DNA of 63,830 bases, counting the filler, from an uncultured bacterium (GTDB lineage Bacteria; CAYJRR01): assembly GCA_964372275.1 (NCBI GenBank). It is 5 parts of 5 records of this genome, joined end to end, with 100 filler letters (N's around TTAATTAATTAA, not from the genome) between each part and the next. Parts side by side here need not be neighbours in the genome. Positions count along the whole stretch, not along the records: positions 1 to 14,077 come from CAYJRR010000119.1; positions 14,178 to 28,176 come from CAYJRR010000120.1; 3 more parts are not named here. One strand, written 5' to 3'. Numbering within the stretch: position 1 is the stretch's first letter; each line of letters starts with the position of its first letter. The notes beneath the pieces are model-generated. The model made no database searches and had not been told where the DNA came from. It saw nothing but the letters and a program-made list of their open reading frames with translations. Made by a program: the position numbers and the translations under genes. Below are positions 8,636-19,055 of this stretch, piece by piece.

Positions 8636-9589
8636 TCACCCCCCGCTCGCCGCGGACTTCGCGAGAGTACGCGCCAACTTCAGCGCGGCGATCAACGAAG
8701 ACGGGTCGGCGATCCCCCTCCCCGCGATGTCATAAGCCGTCCCGTGGTCGACGGAGGTGCGCACGTATGGAAGCCCGAGCGAAACGTTTACCGCCAGCCT
8801 GAACCCCTCGAGCTTCGCGGGGATCAGCCCCTGGTCGTGGAACATCGCCACCACCGCGTCCCAACGGGGCGGCCTCCCGCCGGCCACGCGGCGCGCGAGA
8901 TGCAGCGCCGAGTCGGAGGGGAGCGGCCCGTCGACGCGAATCCCCTGCGCGCGCGCCGCTGCAACGGCCGGGGCGATGGTCCGCGCCTCCTCGCGGCCGA
9001 TCTTCCCTCCCTCTCCGGCGTGCGGGTTCAACCCGAGCACCACGAGGCGCGGACGGTGGATCCCGAACTCGCGCCGGAGCGCCTGGTGCGCGCGGCGAAT
9101 CGTGATCAGCACGGCGTCGCGCGTGATCGACCGAGCGACCCGCGACAGTGGCAGGTGGTTGGTCACCAGCGCCACCTTGAGGCGCGGCGAGACCATCAGC
9201 ATCGTGGCGGTGGGCCGGACCCGCGACCACCGCGACAAGAGCTCGGTGTGACCGGGGGCCGGCCCGCCCGCCCGCCACGGAGCCAGCTTGCGGATCGGTC
9301 CGGTGACCATCGCCTTCGCCGTGCCGCTCATGCAGAGCTCGTGCGCCATCGACACGTAGGCGACGCCGCCGTCGGACGCGGATGCCGGCAGGTGCAACAC
9401 CGTCGCCGAGGCCGCGCGCAGACGCAGGCGCTTCGCGGTGCGCGCGAGCAGTTCCGCGTCACCGCACACGACGACGTTTCGTCCATGTCCGGCGGCGATC
9501 GCCTTCGCGACGATCTCGGGGCCGATCCCTCGGGGATCTCCCATCGTCACCGCGACGATCGGGCCGCCGTCCGAACGGCGCCGGCTCAC
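8636..9589 (-). CDS. pdxA: 4-hydroxythreonine-4-phosphate dehydrogenase
   Basis: MGDPRGIGPE, GHTE, LNPHAGEGG, MFHDQG, RTSVDHGTAYDIAG; GTG start overlaps the surA stop. Confidence 0.95.
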   Translation of the reverse strand: MSRRRSDGGPIVAVTMGDPRGIGPEIVAKAIAAGHGRNVVVCGDAELLARTAKRLRLRAASATVLHLPASASDGGVAYVSMAHELCMSGTAKAMVTGPIRKLAPWRAGGPAPGHTELLSRWSRVRPTATMLMVSPRLKVALVTNHLPLSRVARSITRDAVLITIRRAHQALRREFGIHRPRLVVLGLNPHAGEGGKIGREEARTIAPAVAAARAQGIRVDGPLPSDSALHLARRVAGGRPPRWDAVVAMFHDQGLIPAKLEGFRLAVNVSLGLPYVRTSVDHGTAYDIAGRGIADPSSLIAALKLARTLAKSAASGG

Positions 9590-10624
9590 GGGGAGGGCGG
9601 CGGCGCCGGAGTCGAAGGCGCGACCGGCGGAGCAGGAACCGACGGTGGCGCCGGAGCTTCGACCGCGACCGGGCCGTCGAGACGGACCTCGACGAACGCC
9701 TTGGAGCGCAGTTCCGCCACCCACCGTTCGTACTCCTTTTCCGCCGCCTGGTTGAACAGCAGGGCGCGGATCCGATCCTGCACCTCCTCGAACGGCTTCG
9801 CCGGACGCTCCCGGCGCTCGACCACCTGCAGGAGATGGAAGGCGCCGCCGAACTCGATCACCGGCCCGACCTGACCGGCGGCGAGCGCGAAGGCGGCGCG
9901 CTCGATCTCGGGGGCGACGTCGCCGCGGGCGAACCAGCCCAGGTCCCCGCCCTGCCCCGGATTCGGCCCTTCGGTCTCGACCCGCGCGATCGCCGCGAAC
10001 TCCTTGCCGCCGGTCGTCACCTGGACGCGTATCGCCTCCAGTCCCGACCGCACCCGCTCCGTCTCGGCGCGGGAGGCCGCTTGCGGGATCCGCTTGGAGA
10101 TCATCCGCACCCGCACCTCGTCGTCGTTCTGGAAGTTCGCCTGGTAGTAGGCGCGGATCTCGGTATCGCTGATGGCGACGCGCGGCTGGACACGCGCCTC
10201 GATCACCTTCTGCCGCTGCCGCGACTTGCGGAGATAGTCCCGCAGCGACGCGTCGGTGAACCCCTGACGCGCCATCTGTCTCTTGAACTCCGATTCGTCG
10301 AGACCGTTCTCCTTCTTCAGCCGGCCGATCTCCGCGTCGATCTCTTTCTGCGAGACCTGGACCCCCAGCTCCCTCGCCTGCTCCTCGACGAGCCTGTCGG
10401 CGATCATCCCGTCGAGGACCTTGGCCCGCACTTCGCTCCGAGCCAGCGCCCGACCGACCGGATCGGGGGCCTCGGCCATGGCGCGCTCCTCGTAGGGGGC
10501 GGCCTGCCGGCCGAGCTCGGAGAGCAGGACGATCTCGTCGTTCACCACCGCCACGATGCGGTCGACGACCTCCGCGCCGGCGCCCGCCGCCGCCGCGAGC
10601 GCCGCTGCCGCCAGGGCGACCGCG

Positions 10625-10653
<29 letters not shown>
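9586..10653 (-). CDS. surA: SurA-like chaperone/peptidyl-prolyl isomerase
   Basis: Signal peptide, VVDRIVAVVNDEIV SurA N-domain, GGDLGWF parvulin motif; upstream of pdxA. Confidence 0.85.
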
Positions 10654-11668
<1,015 letters not shown>

Positions 11669-11700
11669 GTCCGTCCGACCGCCTCCTGCCGCCCCCAACA

Positions 11701-11732
11701 GCAAGGGGCCTCGCACCCGCGAAGCCCCTTGC
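11701..11732 (-). terminator. Intergenic stem-loop (possible terminator or mRNA stabiliser) after the PrsA-like gene
   Basis: GCAAGGGGCTTCGC-GGGT-GCGAGGCCCCTTGC, a 14-bp stem on the minus strand followed only by TGTT (weak U-tract). Confidence 0.45.
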
Positions 11733-11754
11733 CGGATCTTCCGCGTAGGGCGAC

Positions 11755-12837
11755 CTAGTGGTCGTGCCCGTCCCCGCCCGCCTTCGCCGCGCTCGGAACC
11801 ATCACCGACGACGCCCCCGGCGCCCCCGGCATCTCCGGATGGCCGGCGCCGCCGCCCATCCCCAGCGACTGCATCTGCTGGATCATCTGCGGATTGAAGG
11901 CCGGCTTCGGCTGGATCGTCGGCACGTAGCTCGCCAGCGCGTCGTCGTTCACCGTGACCTTCGCGTTGTTCTTCAGCTCGGCGATGTAGTTGTCGAGCAT
12001 CTGCTTGCGCCGCTCGGTGAGGAGCTTGCGCTCGATCGACTTCTTCACCTGGTCGTAGGTCCGCTCGGTCCGCGGAGCGCGGTTCTCGACCTTGACGATG
12101 TTCCACCCTTCGTCGGTCTTGAAGACCGAGCTGATCTCTCCGTTCTTCAGGGCGAACGCCTTGGTGACGATCGTCTGGTTCAGGCCGTCACGCCCCGACG
12201 CGGCGAAGTAACCGAGCTCCCCCTTGCGGGCCTTCTCCGGCCCCTCCGACACCTCCATCGCCAGGTTGCCGAAATCCTCCGGTTTGGCGGTGGCGCGCTT
12301 GCGGATCTCCTCCGCCTTCTTCTTGGCCTCCCCTTCGTCCGACCCGAACTGCACCAGGATGCGGCGCGCCCGGACCTTCTCCGGGATCACGTACTCCTCG
12401 TGGTGGGAATCGAAGTACTTCTTCGTCTCGGCGTCGGGGATCGTCGGCGCCTCGGCGTTGTTCCCCAGCGCATCGCGCTGGAGGAGGCTGACCATCATCA
12501 TCTTCACGCGCGGATGGTCGGCGTAGCCCTTGGCCTTGGCCTCCTGGTAGAGCACCTCGTTGGAGATCAGCTCCTCCAGGAACTCCTTGCGCTTCTCCGC
12601 CGTCACCTCGGAGGCGTTCTGGAAGGTCGAGCGGTTGACGCGCTCGTCCATCTCCTTGGAGGTGATGTCCGACCCATTGACGTTGGCGAGGCCCGAACCG
12701 CCCGCCTCCTTCTTGTAGGGCTTGACCTCGATCTTCGGGATCCCACCGGCGCCGGCGGTATCGCCGCAGCCGGCGACGACGGCGAGGGAGGAGGACGCTG
12801 CGAACACGGATGCCAGGAGGAGTGCCGACCGCTTCAT
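11755..12837 (-). CDS. PrsA-like foldase/parvulin PPIase lipoprotein
   Basis: MKRS...VVAGC lipobox; KVRARRILV, FGNLAMEVS, KGELGYF, GWNIVK. Confidence 0.88.
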   Translation of the reverse strand: MKRSALLLASVFAASSSLAVVAGCGDTAGAGGIPKIEVKPYKKEAGGSGLANVNGSDITSKEMDERVNRSTFQNASEVTAEKRKEFLEELISNEVLYQEAKAKGYADHPRVKMMMVSLLQRDALGNNAEAPTIPDAETKKYFDSHHEEYVIPEKVRARRILVQFGSDEGEAKKKAEEIRKRATAKPEDFGNLAMEVSEGPEKARKGELGYFAASGRDGLNQTIVTKAFALKNGEISSVFKTDEGWNIVKVENRAPRTERTYDQVKKSIERKLLTERRKQMLDNYIAELKNNAKVTVNDDALASYVPTIQPKPAFNPQMIQQMQSLGMGGGAGHPEMPGAPGASSVMVPSAAKAGGDGHDH

Positions 12838-12934
12838 GAAGACCTCACGTTCTGGGTGCCTGCCACGCCCGTCAGGCCCGAGCGCGCTCCCAGGGCCTGT
12901 CCGGGGCGAATTTCGTCGGTGGGATCTACCACCT

Positions 12935-14077
12935 TCACCGGAGTAGTTCAAGGAGCGCCTTCGCCTCTTCGAGGACCTTCGCCCGGTCGGCGACCCGCGC
13001 CCGGAAGCGCTGGTCCGGAGTGAGCTTGAACCGCTTCGGCTCCCGCGCCGCCATCCGCACCAGGCGTTCCGGATTCACCCGGGTGACAGGAGCAAATGCC
13101 AGGACCAGCTCCCGTCCGTCGAAGGCCAGGTCGCGGATCCCCAAGCCCTGCAAGGTGCGGCGCAGGCGCAGCACCGCGATCAGGTTGTCGACCTCCTGCG
13201 GGAGGACGCCGAACCGATCGCGCAGCTCGTCCCGCACCTGGGTCAGCTCCTCCTCCTCCCTGGCGGCCGAGAGACGCCGGTAGAAGCCGACCCGGTATCG
13301 CGGGTCCTGGATGTAGCCCTCCGGGATGGCCGCCGCGACGCGCAGGTTGATCTCCGGCTCGATCTCCGGCTCGGGGGCTTGCCCCTTCAGCTCGTCGACC
13401 GCCTTCTTCAGCAACGAACAGTAGAGGTCGAATCCGACGGCGTGGATGAACCCGGACTGCGAGCTGCCGAGGAGATTGCCGGCGCCGCGGATCTCGAGAT
13501 CGCGCTGCGCCACGCGGAAGCCGCTCCCCAGCTCGGTGAACTCCTGCATCGCCGACAGGCGCTCCAGCGCGTCGGCGGAGATCACGTCCCCGGGCGGAAC
13601 CAGCAGGACGCAGTAGGCTCGCTGGCTGGACCGGCCGACGCGCCCGCGCAGCTGGTAGAGCTGGGCGAGGCCGAAGCGGTCGGCGCGGTTGACGATCATC
13701 GTGTTGGCGCTTGGGATGTCGAGGCCGGATTCGACGATCGCGGTGCAGACCAGGACGTCGTACTTGCGGTCGACGAAGTCGACCATCACCTGCTCCAGGT
13801 CGTCGGGGGCCATCTGCCCGTGCGCGATCCCGAGCCGCGCCTCCGGGACCACCTTCTGCACGTAGCTCGCCACCGCGCCGATGTTCCGGACGCGGTTGTG
13901 GACCACGTAGACCTGCCCGCCGCGGGAGAGCTCCCGCAGGATCGCCTCGCGGATCACTCCGGCCTCCCACTTGGCGACGAAGGTCCGGATCGGGAGGCGG
14001 TCCTCCGGCGGGGTCTCGATCAACGAAAGATCTCGTAGCCCGGAGAGGCTCATGTGCAGCGTGCGCGGGATCGGGGT
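12935..14077 (-). CDS. mfd: Transcription-repair coupling factor, C-terminal part (truncated by contig end)
   Basis: TPIPRTLHMS, AHGQM, QLYQLRGRVGRS, DLEIRGAGNLLG, TRCF C-terminal domain. Confidence 0.97.
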   Translation of the reverse strand, partial: TPIPRTLHMSLSGLRDLSLIETPPEDRLPIRTFVAKWEAGVIREAILRELSRGGQVYVVHNRVRNIGAVASYVQKVVPEARLGIAHGQMAPDDLEQVMVDFVDRKYDVLVCTAIVESGLDIPSANTMIVNRADRFGLAQLYQLRGRVGRSSQRAYCVLLVPPGDVISADALERLSAMQEFTELGSGFRVAQRDLEIRGAGNLLGSSQSGFIHAVGFDLYCSLLKKAVDELKGQAPEPEIEPEINLRVAAAIPEGYIQDPRYRVGFYRRLSAAREEEELTQVRDELRDRFGVLPQEVDNLIAVLRLRRTLQGLGIRDLAFDGRELVLAFAPVTRVNPERLVRMAAREPKRFKLTPDQRFRARVADRAKVLEEAKALLELLR

Positions 14078-14177
14078 NNNNNNNNNNNNNNNNNNNNNNN
14101 NNNNNNNNNNNNNNNNNNNNNTTAATTAATTAANNNNNNNNNNNNNNNNNNNNNNNNNNNNNNNNNNNNNNNNNNNN
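14078..14177. other. Artificial contig linker
   Basis: N-run, TTAATTAATTAA (stops in all frames), N-run; 100 nt. Confidence 0.99.
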
Positions 14178-14327
14178 CGCCCCTTGCGACTCGAGCAGGT
14201 GGCACCGGTCGCTCCCCAGCACCACCTCCACCCCCAACCGGTCGGCCGCCGCGAGGAAGTCGTCGGCCCGGTAGGTGGTGGTCGGCATCAGGAGCAGCAC
14301 GCGCACGGGCCTTCCGCACGCTATCAC
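14178..14327 (-). CDS. ATP-grasp domain protein, N-terminus (truncated)
   Basis: RVLLLMPTTTYRADDFLAAADRLGVEVV is typical of ATP-grasp ligase N-termini; GTG overlaps the kinase stop. Confidence 0.65.
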
Positions 14328-17300
14328 TTCGGGAGCGAAGCGCAGAGGCGGGTCCCGACCGTCACGTCCCGGAAGTCGGCCTCCGGCAGCTCGCGGTTGG
14401 TGACGCGCGCGGCGCTGGTGTTGAAGTAGTAGCTGCCGCCGCGCGCCACCCGCCCGCCGTCGACGAGCGAGGAGCGGACCCACTCCCAGACGTTGCCGGA
14501 GAGGTCGTGGAGCCCGAAGGGGCTCTCCGAGGCGCGGTGCGATCCGACTTCGTCGGGCCCGAATCCGAGCGGGTCCTTCCCGTAGGTGACGTCGATGTTG
14601 GCGTCGTCCGGATCGAGGCGATCGCCGTGCGGGAACTCGCGGGCGTCGGCGCCCCGCGCCGCGCGCTCCCATTCGAGCTCGGTGCACAGCCGCGCCCCCG
14701 GAACCCGGCCGGTGCGGTCGAGCCAGTCCGCGTAGGCGGCCGCGTCGTCGAAGGAGATCCCCACCACCGGGAATCGTCGCCAGTCCTGCTCGACGCGCCG
14801 ATCGCGCTTCGCGTAGCGGATCGGCTTCCCGAGCGTCGCGGTGTAACGCTCGGCGCTCGGCCGCAGCACCAGGCGCCAGTCGACTCCGCCGAGCGGGGTC
14901 AGCGAGAACGCTCCGTGGAAACCGGTCGCCGCGACGCGCGGCGTCCGCCGCGCCCGTTCGGCCGGCCCGAGCGTGCGTAAGTAGTCGATCCACTCGCCGA
15001 AGGTGAGCTCGTGCTCGGCGATCAGGTAGCCGTCGGTCTCGACCTCGTGGATCGGCACCGCCTTCAGATACTCGCGGACGCTCTCCTCCGCTGCCGTTCC
15101 GAACAGGAAGCGTCCGGCCGGCACGTGGACGAAGCCGGCCGGGAGCGAGGCGCGGGGCAGGAGCGACAGCCGGACCTCCCTCCGCTCGGCTCGGTTCAGC
15201 AACAACGGCGCGCGCAGCGACGCATAGCCTTCGGCCTCGACGTCGAGCCGGTAGGCGCCGGCATCGACCGTCGCTTCACCCACCGGATCGACCGTTCGGG
15301 GGTCCTCGAGCGACCACCGCCCGCCGTCGTCCCGTCGGAAGCGCCGCAACTGGACGCGCGCTCCCCTGGGCTCGACCGAGAGGTCGAGACGCGCCGGCGC
15401 CTCCCAGGCGCGGAGCCGCACCCCCTCCGGATCGTTCTGTCGAAGCCGCTGGAGGAGAAGGTCGCGAATGGGACCGCGCCGCTGCCGGTCCTCGTAGCGC
15501 GCGCGCTCGTCGAGGTAGTCGGCGAAGGCCGACCGCACGTCCTTCCGCCCGCGGTCGACGGCGACGGTGTCTTCGAAGGCGTCCCCGGCATGGGCATAGG
15601 CCGCGTCGAGAGCGGCCGTCGCCGAAAGCACCTCGCGCCAGGCCGCCTCGGCGCGGTCGAGCTCGTGGACGTCGAAGAGGCGGTACGCCTCCTTCTGCTT
15701 GCCTTCGAGCGTCGACGCCTTCCGCCGCGCGTCTTCGAGCGCGGCCATGGCGGAGGCAAGGCGCGCGTCGACCTCCCGCATGCGCTCCCCGTGCGTCCGC
15801 CAGCGGGTGCCGGTATAGACGAGCACCAGGGCGAGGGCGATGGCGGCGATCAGCAGCCGGCGCAGGCGGAGATCGCGCAGCGCTTTCGCGCGCGATGCGG
15901 CGAGAAACCGGTGCTCCCGCTCGGTCAGGCCGTCGGTCTCGAGGCGGTCCGCTTCGGCGATCTGCCGCGGCGACCAAAGGAGGTCCCGGGTGCGCGGACT
16001 GCCGTCCCAGCGCCCGGCCGATTCCAGGAGCCGGCTCTGGATCTCCCGCAGCTCGGCCCCCTCGGCCAGCCAGCGCGCGAGGGACGCCCATCCGCCGACC
16101 AGCGCTTCGTGCGCCAGCTCGTAGGTGATCCCCTCGTCGACTTCGCGTACGACCAGGATGCGGCCGCGCACCAGCGCCTCCAGCGCCTCCTTCGAGCCGG
16201 GCGCGGTGCCGACCAGCTCCGATTCGCGGTGCCGTGCCCGCGTCCCCTCCAACGTCACCAACCGCATCAGGATCCGCTTGGCCGCGGTGCGAGGCTCCGG
16301 CAGCAGGCGCGCCATGACCGAGTCGGCGTGACGCGCCAGCGCGCCGGCGACGCCGCCGATCGCCTCCAACGCCTCGGCGGTGATCATCGCCGTGGCCCGG
16401 TCGCGAGCTTCCCACAACTCGGCCAGCGCGAACTGGAGCAGCGGCAGGCTCCCCTGCGCCGCGGTCGTCGACTCGACCAGCGTCTCGACGAGCCGGTCCG
16501 ACTCGAACCGCGCGCCCTTCACCCGCGCCGGGCCGACGATCGCCTCGCGGATCTCCTGACTTCCCAGCGGCCGGAGCAGGTAGATCGCGTCGGCGACGTG
16601 GATCCCGAGCCCCGGAACGGCCGTCATCCGGGTGAGGAAGTCGCTGCGAACGGTGGCCAGAAGTCGCAGCCCCGGAACGCCGAGTGCGATCCAGCCGAGA
16701 GCCGCCCCGACCGACCGCGTCTCCTCGGGGCTCCCGAGCGTCACCAACTCCTCCAGCTGGTCGACGTAGAGGGCGAGGCCGCCGCCGCGGCCGACCTTCT
16801 GCGCCAGGCGCCGCGCGAGCGTCTCGGGATCGCCGCGGACCAGCTCCGCCGCTTCGTCGTCGTCGAGCGAGAGGAAACGTCCGACCGTTGCGGCGACGGC
16901 CGCGACCGGGCGGCGCCCTGGCAGGATGCGCGCGGTCGACCAGCGCCGTCCGTCTTCGAGCGTCCCCTCTTCGATGCGGGGCAGGACGCCGGCCATCGCC
17001 AGCGACGACTTTCCGGCGCCGGAGTCGCCGGTCACCAGGACGAACGGCTCGGTCCGCAGCCGCTCGCAGACGGCGCGGATCTCGCGTCGCCGTCCGAAGA
17101 ACAGCGCCCGATGCTCCGCCTCGAACGCCTGCAGCCCGCGGTACGGGTTCCCCTCCGGAACGGGTCCGACCTCGCGCGCCGACCGGATTTCGAGAAGGGC
17201 GTCCAGGAGCTCGTCGGCCGAGGCGAACCGCTGCGCCCGATCGCGCCGCAAGCACCGTTCGATCGCCGCCGCCAGACGCGGATCGACCGACGGGGCGACG

Positions 17301-18085
17301 GTCGACAGCGGCGGGACGTCGCGCTCCTGCGCGGCGGACGGAAGCTCCGACGCCGGAAGGTCGCGGAAGGGGGTCCTCCCCGCCGCCAACTCGTAGAGGA
17401 GGCACCCGAGCGAATAGAGATCGGACCGCACCGACGCCTCCTCCATCCGCCAGGCCTCGGGGGACATGTAGTGCGGCGTCCCGAAGAGCGATCCGTGCGT
17501 CAGGTCCGGGAGCGAGATCTCCGCCTCGGCCGGCCGGTCGGCGACCGGGGGCGCTCCGCCCGCGGCGGGCGCGCTTGCCGCGGGCACATGGTCGACGAGC
17601 TTGGCCAGGCCGAAGTCGAGGAGCTTCACCTCCCCCGATTCGGCGACCATCACGTTGCCGGGCTTGATGTCGCGGTGGAGCACGCCGCGCCGGTGGGCGG
17701 CCGACAGACCGCGCGCCAGCTCGATCGCCAGCTCGAGCGCCTTCTCCCAGGGCACGGGCTTGGGCAGGCGGTCGAGCCCGACGCCGCGCACCAGCTCCGA
17801 GACGAGGAACGGGCGGTTGTCGAGTTGGCCGACGCGGTAGAGGGTGACGACGTTGGGATGCTGCACCCGCGCCGCCGCCCGCGCTTCGGTCAGGAATCGC
17901 GCGAGCGCCGCGGAGTCGAGCGCCGGAACGAACTTCACCGCCACCGGCCGGTCGAGCAGCGTGTCTTGCGCGAGGAACACCATCCCGGTCCGGCCGCGAC
18001 CGAGCGGGCGAAGCAGACGGTATTCGTCGAACTCCTCGGGAGGAGACCAGGTACCTTCGCCGGCGGCGCGGGTCTCCGTCGCCAT
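14324..18085 (-). CDS. Ser/Thr kinase - STAND NTPase (nSTAND1-like) - TM - FGE-sulfatase (CLec-fold) protein
   Basis: HRDIKPGN, DFGLA, GTPHYMSPE; NPYRGL.AF, GDSGAGKSS, LYVDQLEE, LPLLQFAL..LW, ELAHEAL; TM RRLLIAAIALALVLVY; RLCTELEWERAARG, DLSGNVWEW, RGGS. Confidence 0.93.
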   Translation of the reverse strand: MATETRAAGEGTWSPPEEFDEYRLLRPLGRGRTGMVFLAQDTLLDRPVAVKFVPALDSAALARFLTEARAAARVQHPNVVTLYRVGQLDNRPFLVSELVRGVGLDRLPKPVPWEKALELAIELARGLSAAHRRGVLHRDIKPGNVMVAESGEVKLLDFGLAKLVDHVPAASAPAAGGAPPVADRPAEAEISLPDLTHGSLFGTPHYMSPEAWRMEEASVRSDLYSLGCLLYELAAGRTPFRDLPASELPSAAQERDVPPLSTVAPSVDPRLAAAIERCLRRDRAQRFASADELLDALLEIRSAREVGPVPEGNPYRGLQAFEAEHRALFFGRRREIRAVCERLRTEPFVLVTGDSGAGKSSLAMAGVLPRIEEGTLEDGRRWSTARILPGRRPVAAVAATVGRFLSLDDDEAAELVRGDPETLARRLAQKVGRGGGLALYVDQLEELVTLGSPEETRSVGAALGWIALGVPGLRLLATVRSDFLTRMTAVPGLGIHVADAIYLLRPLGSQEIREAIVGPARVKGARFESDRLVETLVESTTAAQGSLPLLQFALAELWEARDRATAMITAEALEAIGGVAGALARHADSVMARLLPEPRTAAKRILMRLVTLEGTRARHRESELVGTAPGSKEALEALVRGRILVVREVDEGITYELAHEALVGGWASLARWLAEGAELREIQSRLLESAGRWDGSPRTRDLLWSPRQIAEADRLETDGLTEREHRFLAASRAKALRDLRLRRLLIAAIALALVLVYTGTRWRTHGERMREVDARLASAMAALEDARRKASTLEGKQKEAYRLFDVHELDRAEAAWREVLSATAALDAAYAHAGDAFEDTVAVDRGRKDVRSAFADYLDERARYEDRQRRGPIRDLLLQRLRQNDPEGVRLRAWEAPARLDLSVEPRGARVQLRRFRRDDGGRWSLEDPRTVDPVGEATVDAGAYRLDVEAEGYASLRAPLLLNRAERREVRLSLLPRASLPAGFVHVPAGRFLFGTAAEESVREYLKAVPIHEVETDGYLIAEHELTFGEWIDYLRTLGPAERARRTPRVAATGFHGAFSLTPLGGVDWRLVLRPSAERYTATLGKPIRYAKRDRRVEQDWRRFPVVGISFDDAAAYADWLDRTGRVPGARLCTELEWERAARGADAREFPHGDRLDPDDANIDVTYGKDPLGFGPDEVGSHRASESPFGLHDLSGNVWEWVRSSLVDGGRVARGGSYYFNTSAARVTNRELPEADFRDVTVGTRLCASLPK

Positions 18086-18098
18086 CGCGTGGGCAACC

Positions 18099-19055
18099 CT
18101 ACTCGGACCCCTTCTTGGTGGGGACCGGCATTCGCGTCGATCCGGCGCTCAGCATCTTGCGGATCTTGGCCTCGACCTCCTCCGGCAGGCACGGCTTGGG
18201 CAGGAAGTCGTCGCAGCCGGCGTCGGTGGCTCCGTCGTTCACCGACCGGGTGACGTGCCCGGTCAGCGCGACCACCGGGATGTTCCGGGTGCTCTGGTCC
18301 CCCTTGATCTCGCGTGTCGCCTGCAGCCCGTCCATCACCGGGAGCGACAGGTCCATCAGGATCAGGTCCGGCGACTCCGACTTCGCCTTGTCGACCGCGT
18401 CTTGCCCGTTGGCGGCGGTGACGACGCGGTAGCCCTTGAACTGGAGGTACTCGGCGTACATCTCCCGCGCATCCTCGAAGTCCTCCACCACCAGCACGGT
18501 CTTCGCCGGCGCTCCGGCTTCCGTCGCGGAGTCGGGGCGATCGGCGGCGGCCTCGGGCCCGCCGCCCGCTCCGGGTCCGCCTCCGGCGTCGGGCCTGCGG
18601 CCGGCTTCGGGACCCAGCGGCGTCGGCGTCCGCTCCGCCCCCGTTCCCGGAAGCAGGCGACCTCTCGCCACGAGCGCGTGGCGGATCTCCCGCAGCACCG
18701 TGTCGGGCGCGCAGGGTTTGGTCAGGATGGCGTCGCAGCCGGCCTCGCGGGCCGCGCGCAGGCGCTCTTCGGCGGTGTGTCCCGTCAGCACCAGCAGCGC
18801 GGCGTCGCGCAGCTCGGGATCGGCGCGCAGGCGGCGGATCACCTCGGCTCCGTTCAGGACGGGGATCGTCAGGTCGATCAGCACGGCATCGGGCCGGACA
18901 CGGCGGGCCGTCTCCAGCGCTTCGGCGCCGTCCCCCGCCTCCGCGGTGCGCATCCCGGTAAAACGAAGGAATTCGGCGAGCATCTCGCGCCCGCTCCGGT
19001 CGTCGTCGACCACCAGCACCAGCGGTCCCCCGGGCGAAGCGGCCTCCCGTGTCAC
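18099..19055 (-). CDS. Response regulator with two tandem receiver domains and no output domain
   Basis: VLVVDDD..AVLIDL..TKP and VLVVEDF..ILMDL..PKP joined by a Pro/Gly/Ala linker; GTG 19055 overlaps the HK stop. Confidence 0.88.
   Translation of the reverse strand: MTREAASPGGPLVLVVDDDRSGREMLAEFLRFTGMRTAEAGDGAEALETARRVRPDAVLIDLTIPVLNGAEVIRRLRADPELRDAALLVLTGHTAEERLRAAREAGCDAILTKPCAPDTVLREIRHALVARGRLLPGTGAERTPTPLGPEAGRRPDAGGGPGAGGGPEAAADRPDSATEAGAPAKTVLVVEDFEDAREMYAEYLQFKGYRVVTAANGQDAVDKAKSESPDLILMDLSLPVMDGLQATREIKGDQSTRNIPVVALTGHVTRSVNDGATDAGCDDFLPKPCLPEEVEAKIRKMLSAGSTRMPVPTKKGSE

Noticed and set aside
14078-14177. TTAATTAATTAA motif repeated four times and ORFs ending in LIN
   Set aside because: Artificial contig spacer; gene neighbourhoods across spacers are not meaningful.
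14324-14480. FGE-sulfatase/CLec C-terminus as a diversity-generating retroelement target
   Set aside because: No second near-identical template repeat and no reverse transcriptase were seen in the window; it cannot be excluded elsewhere in the genome.
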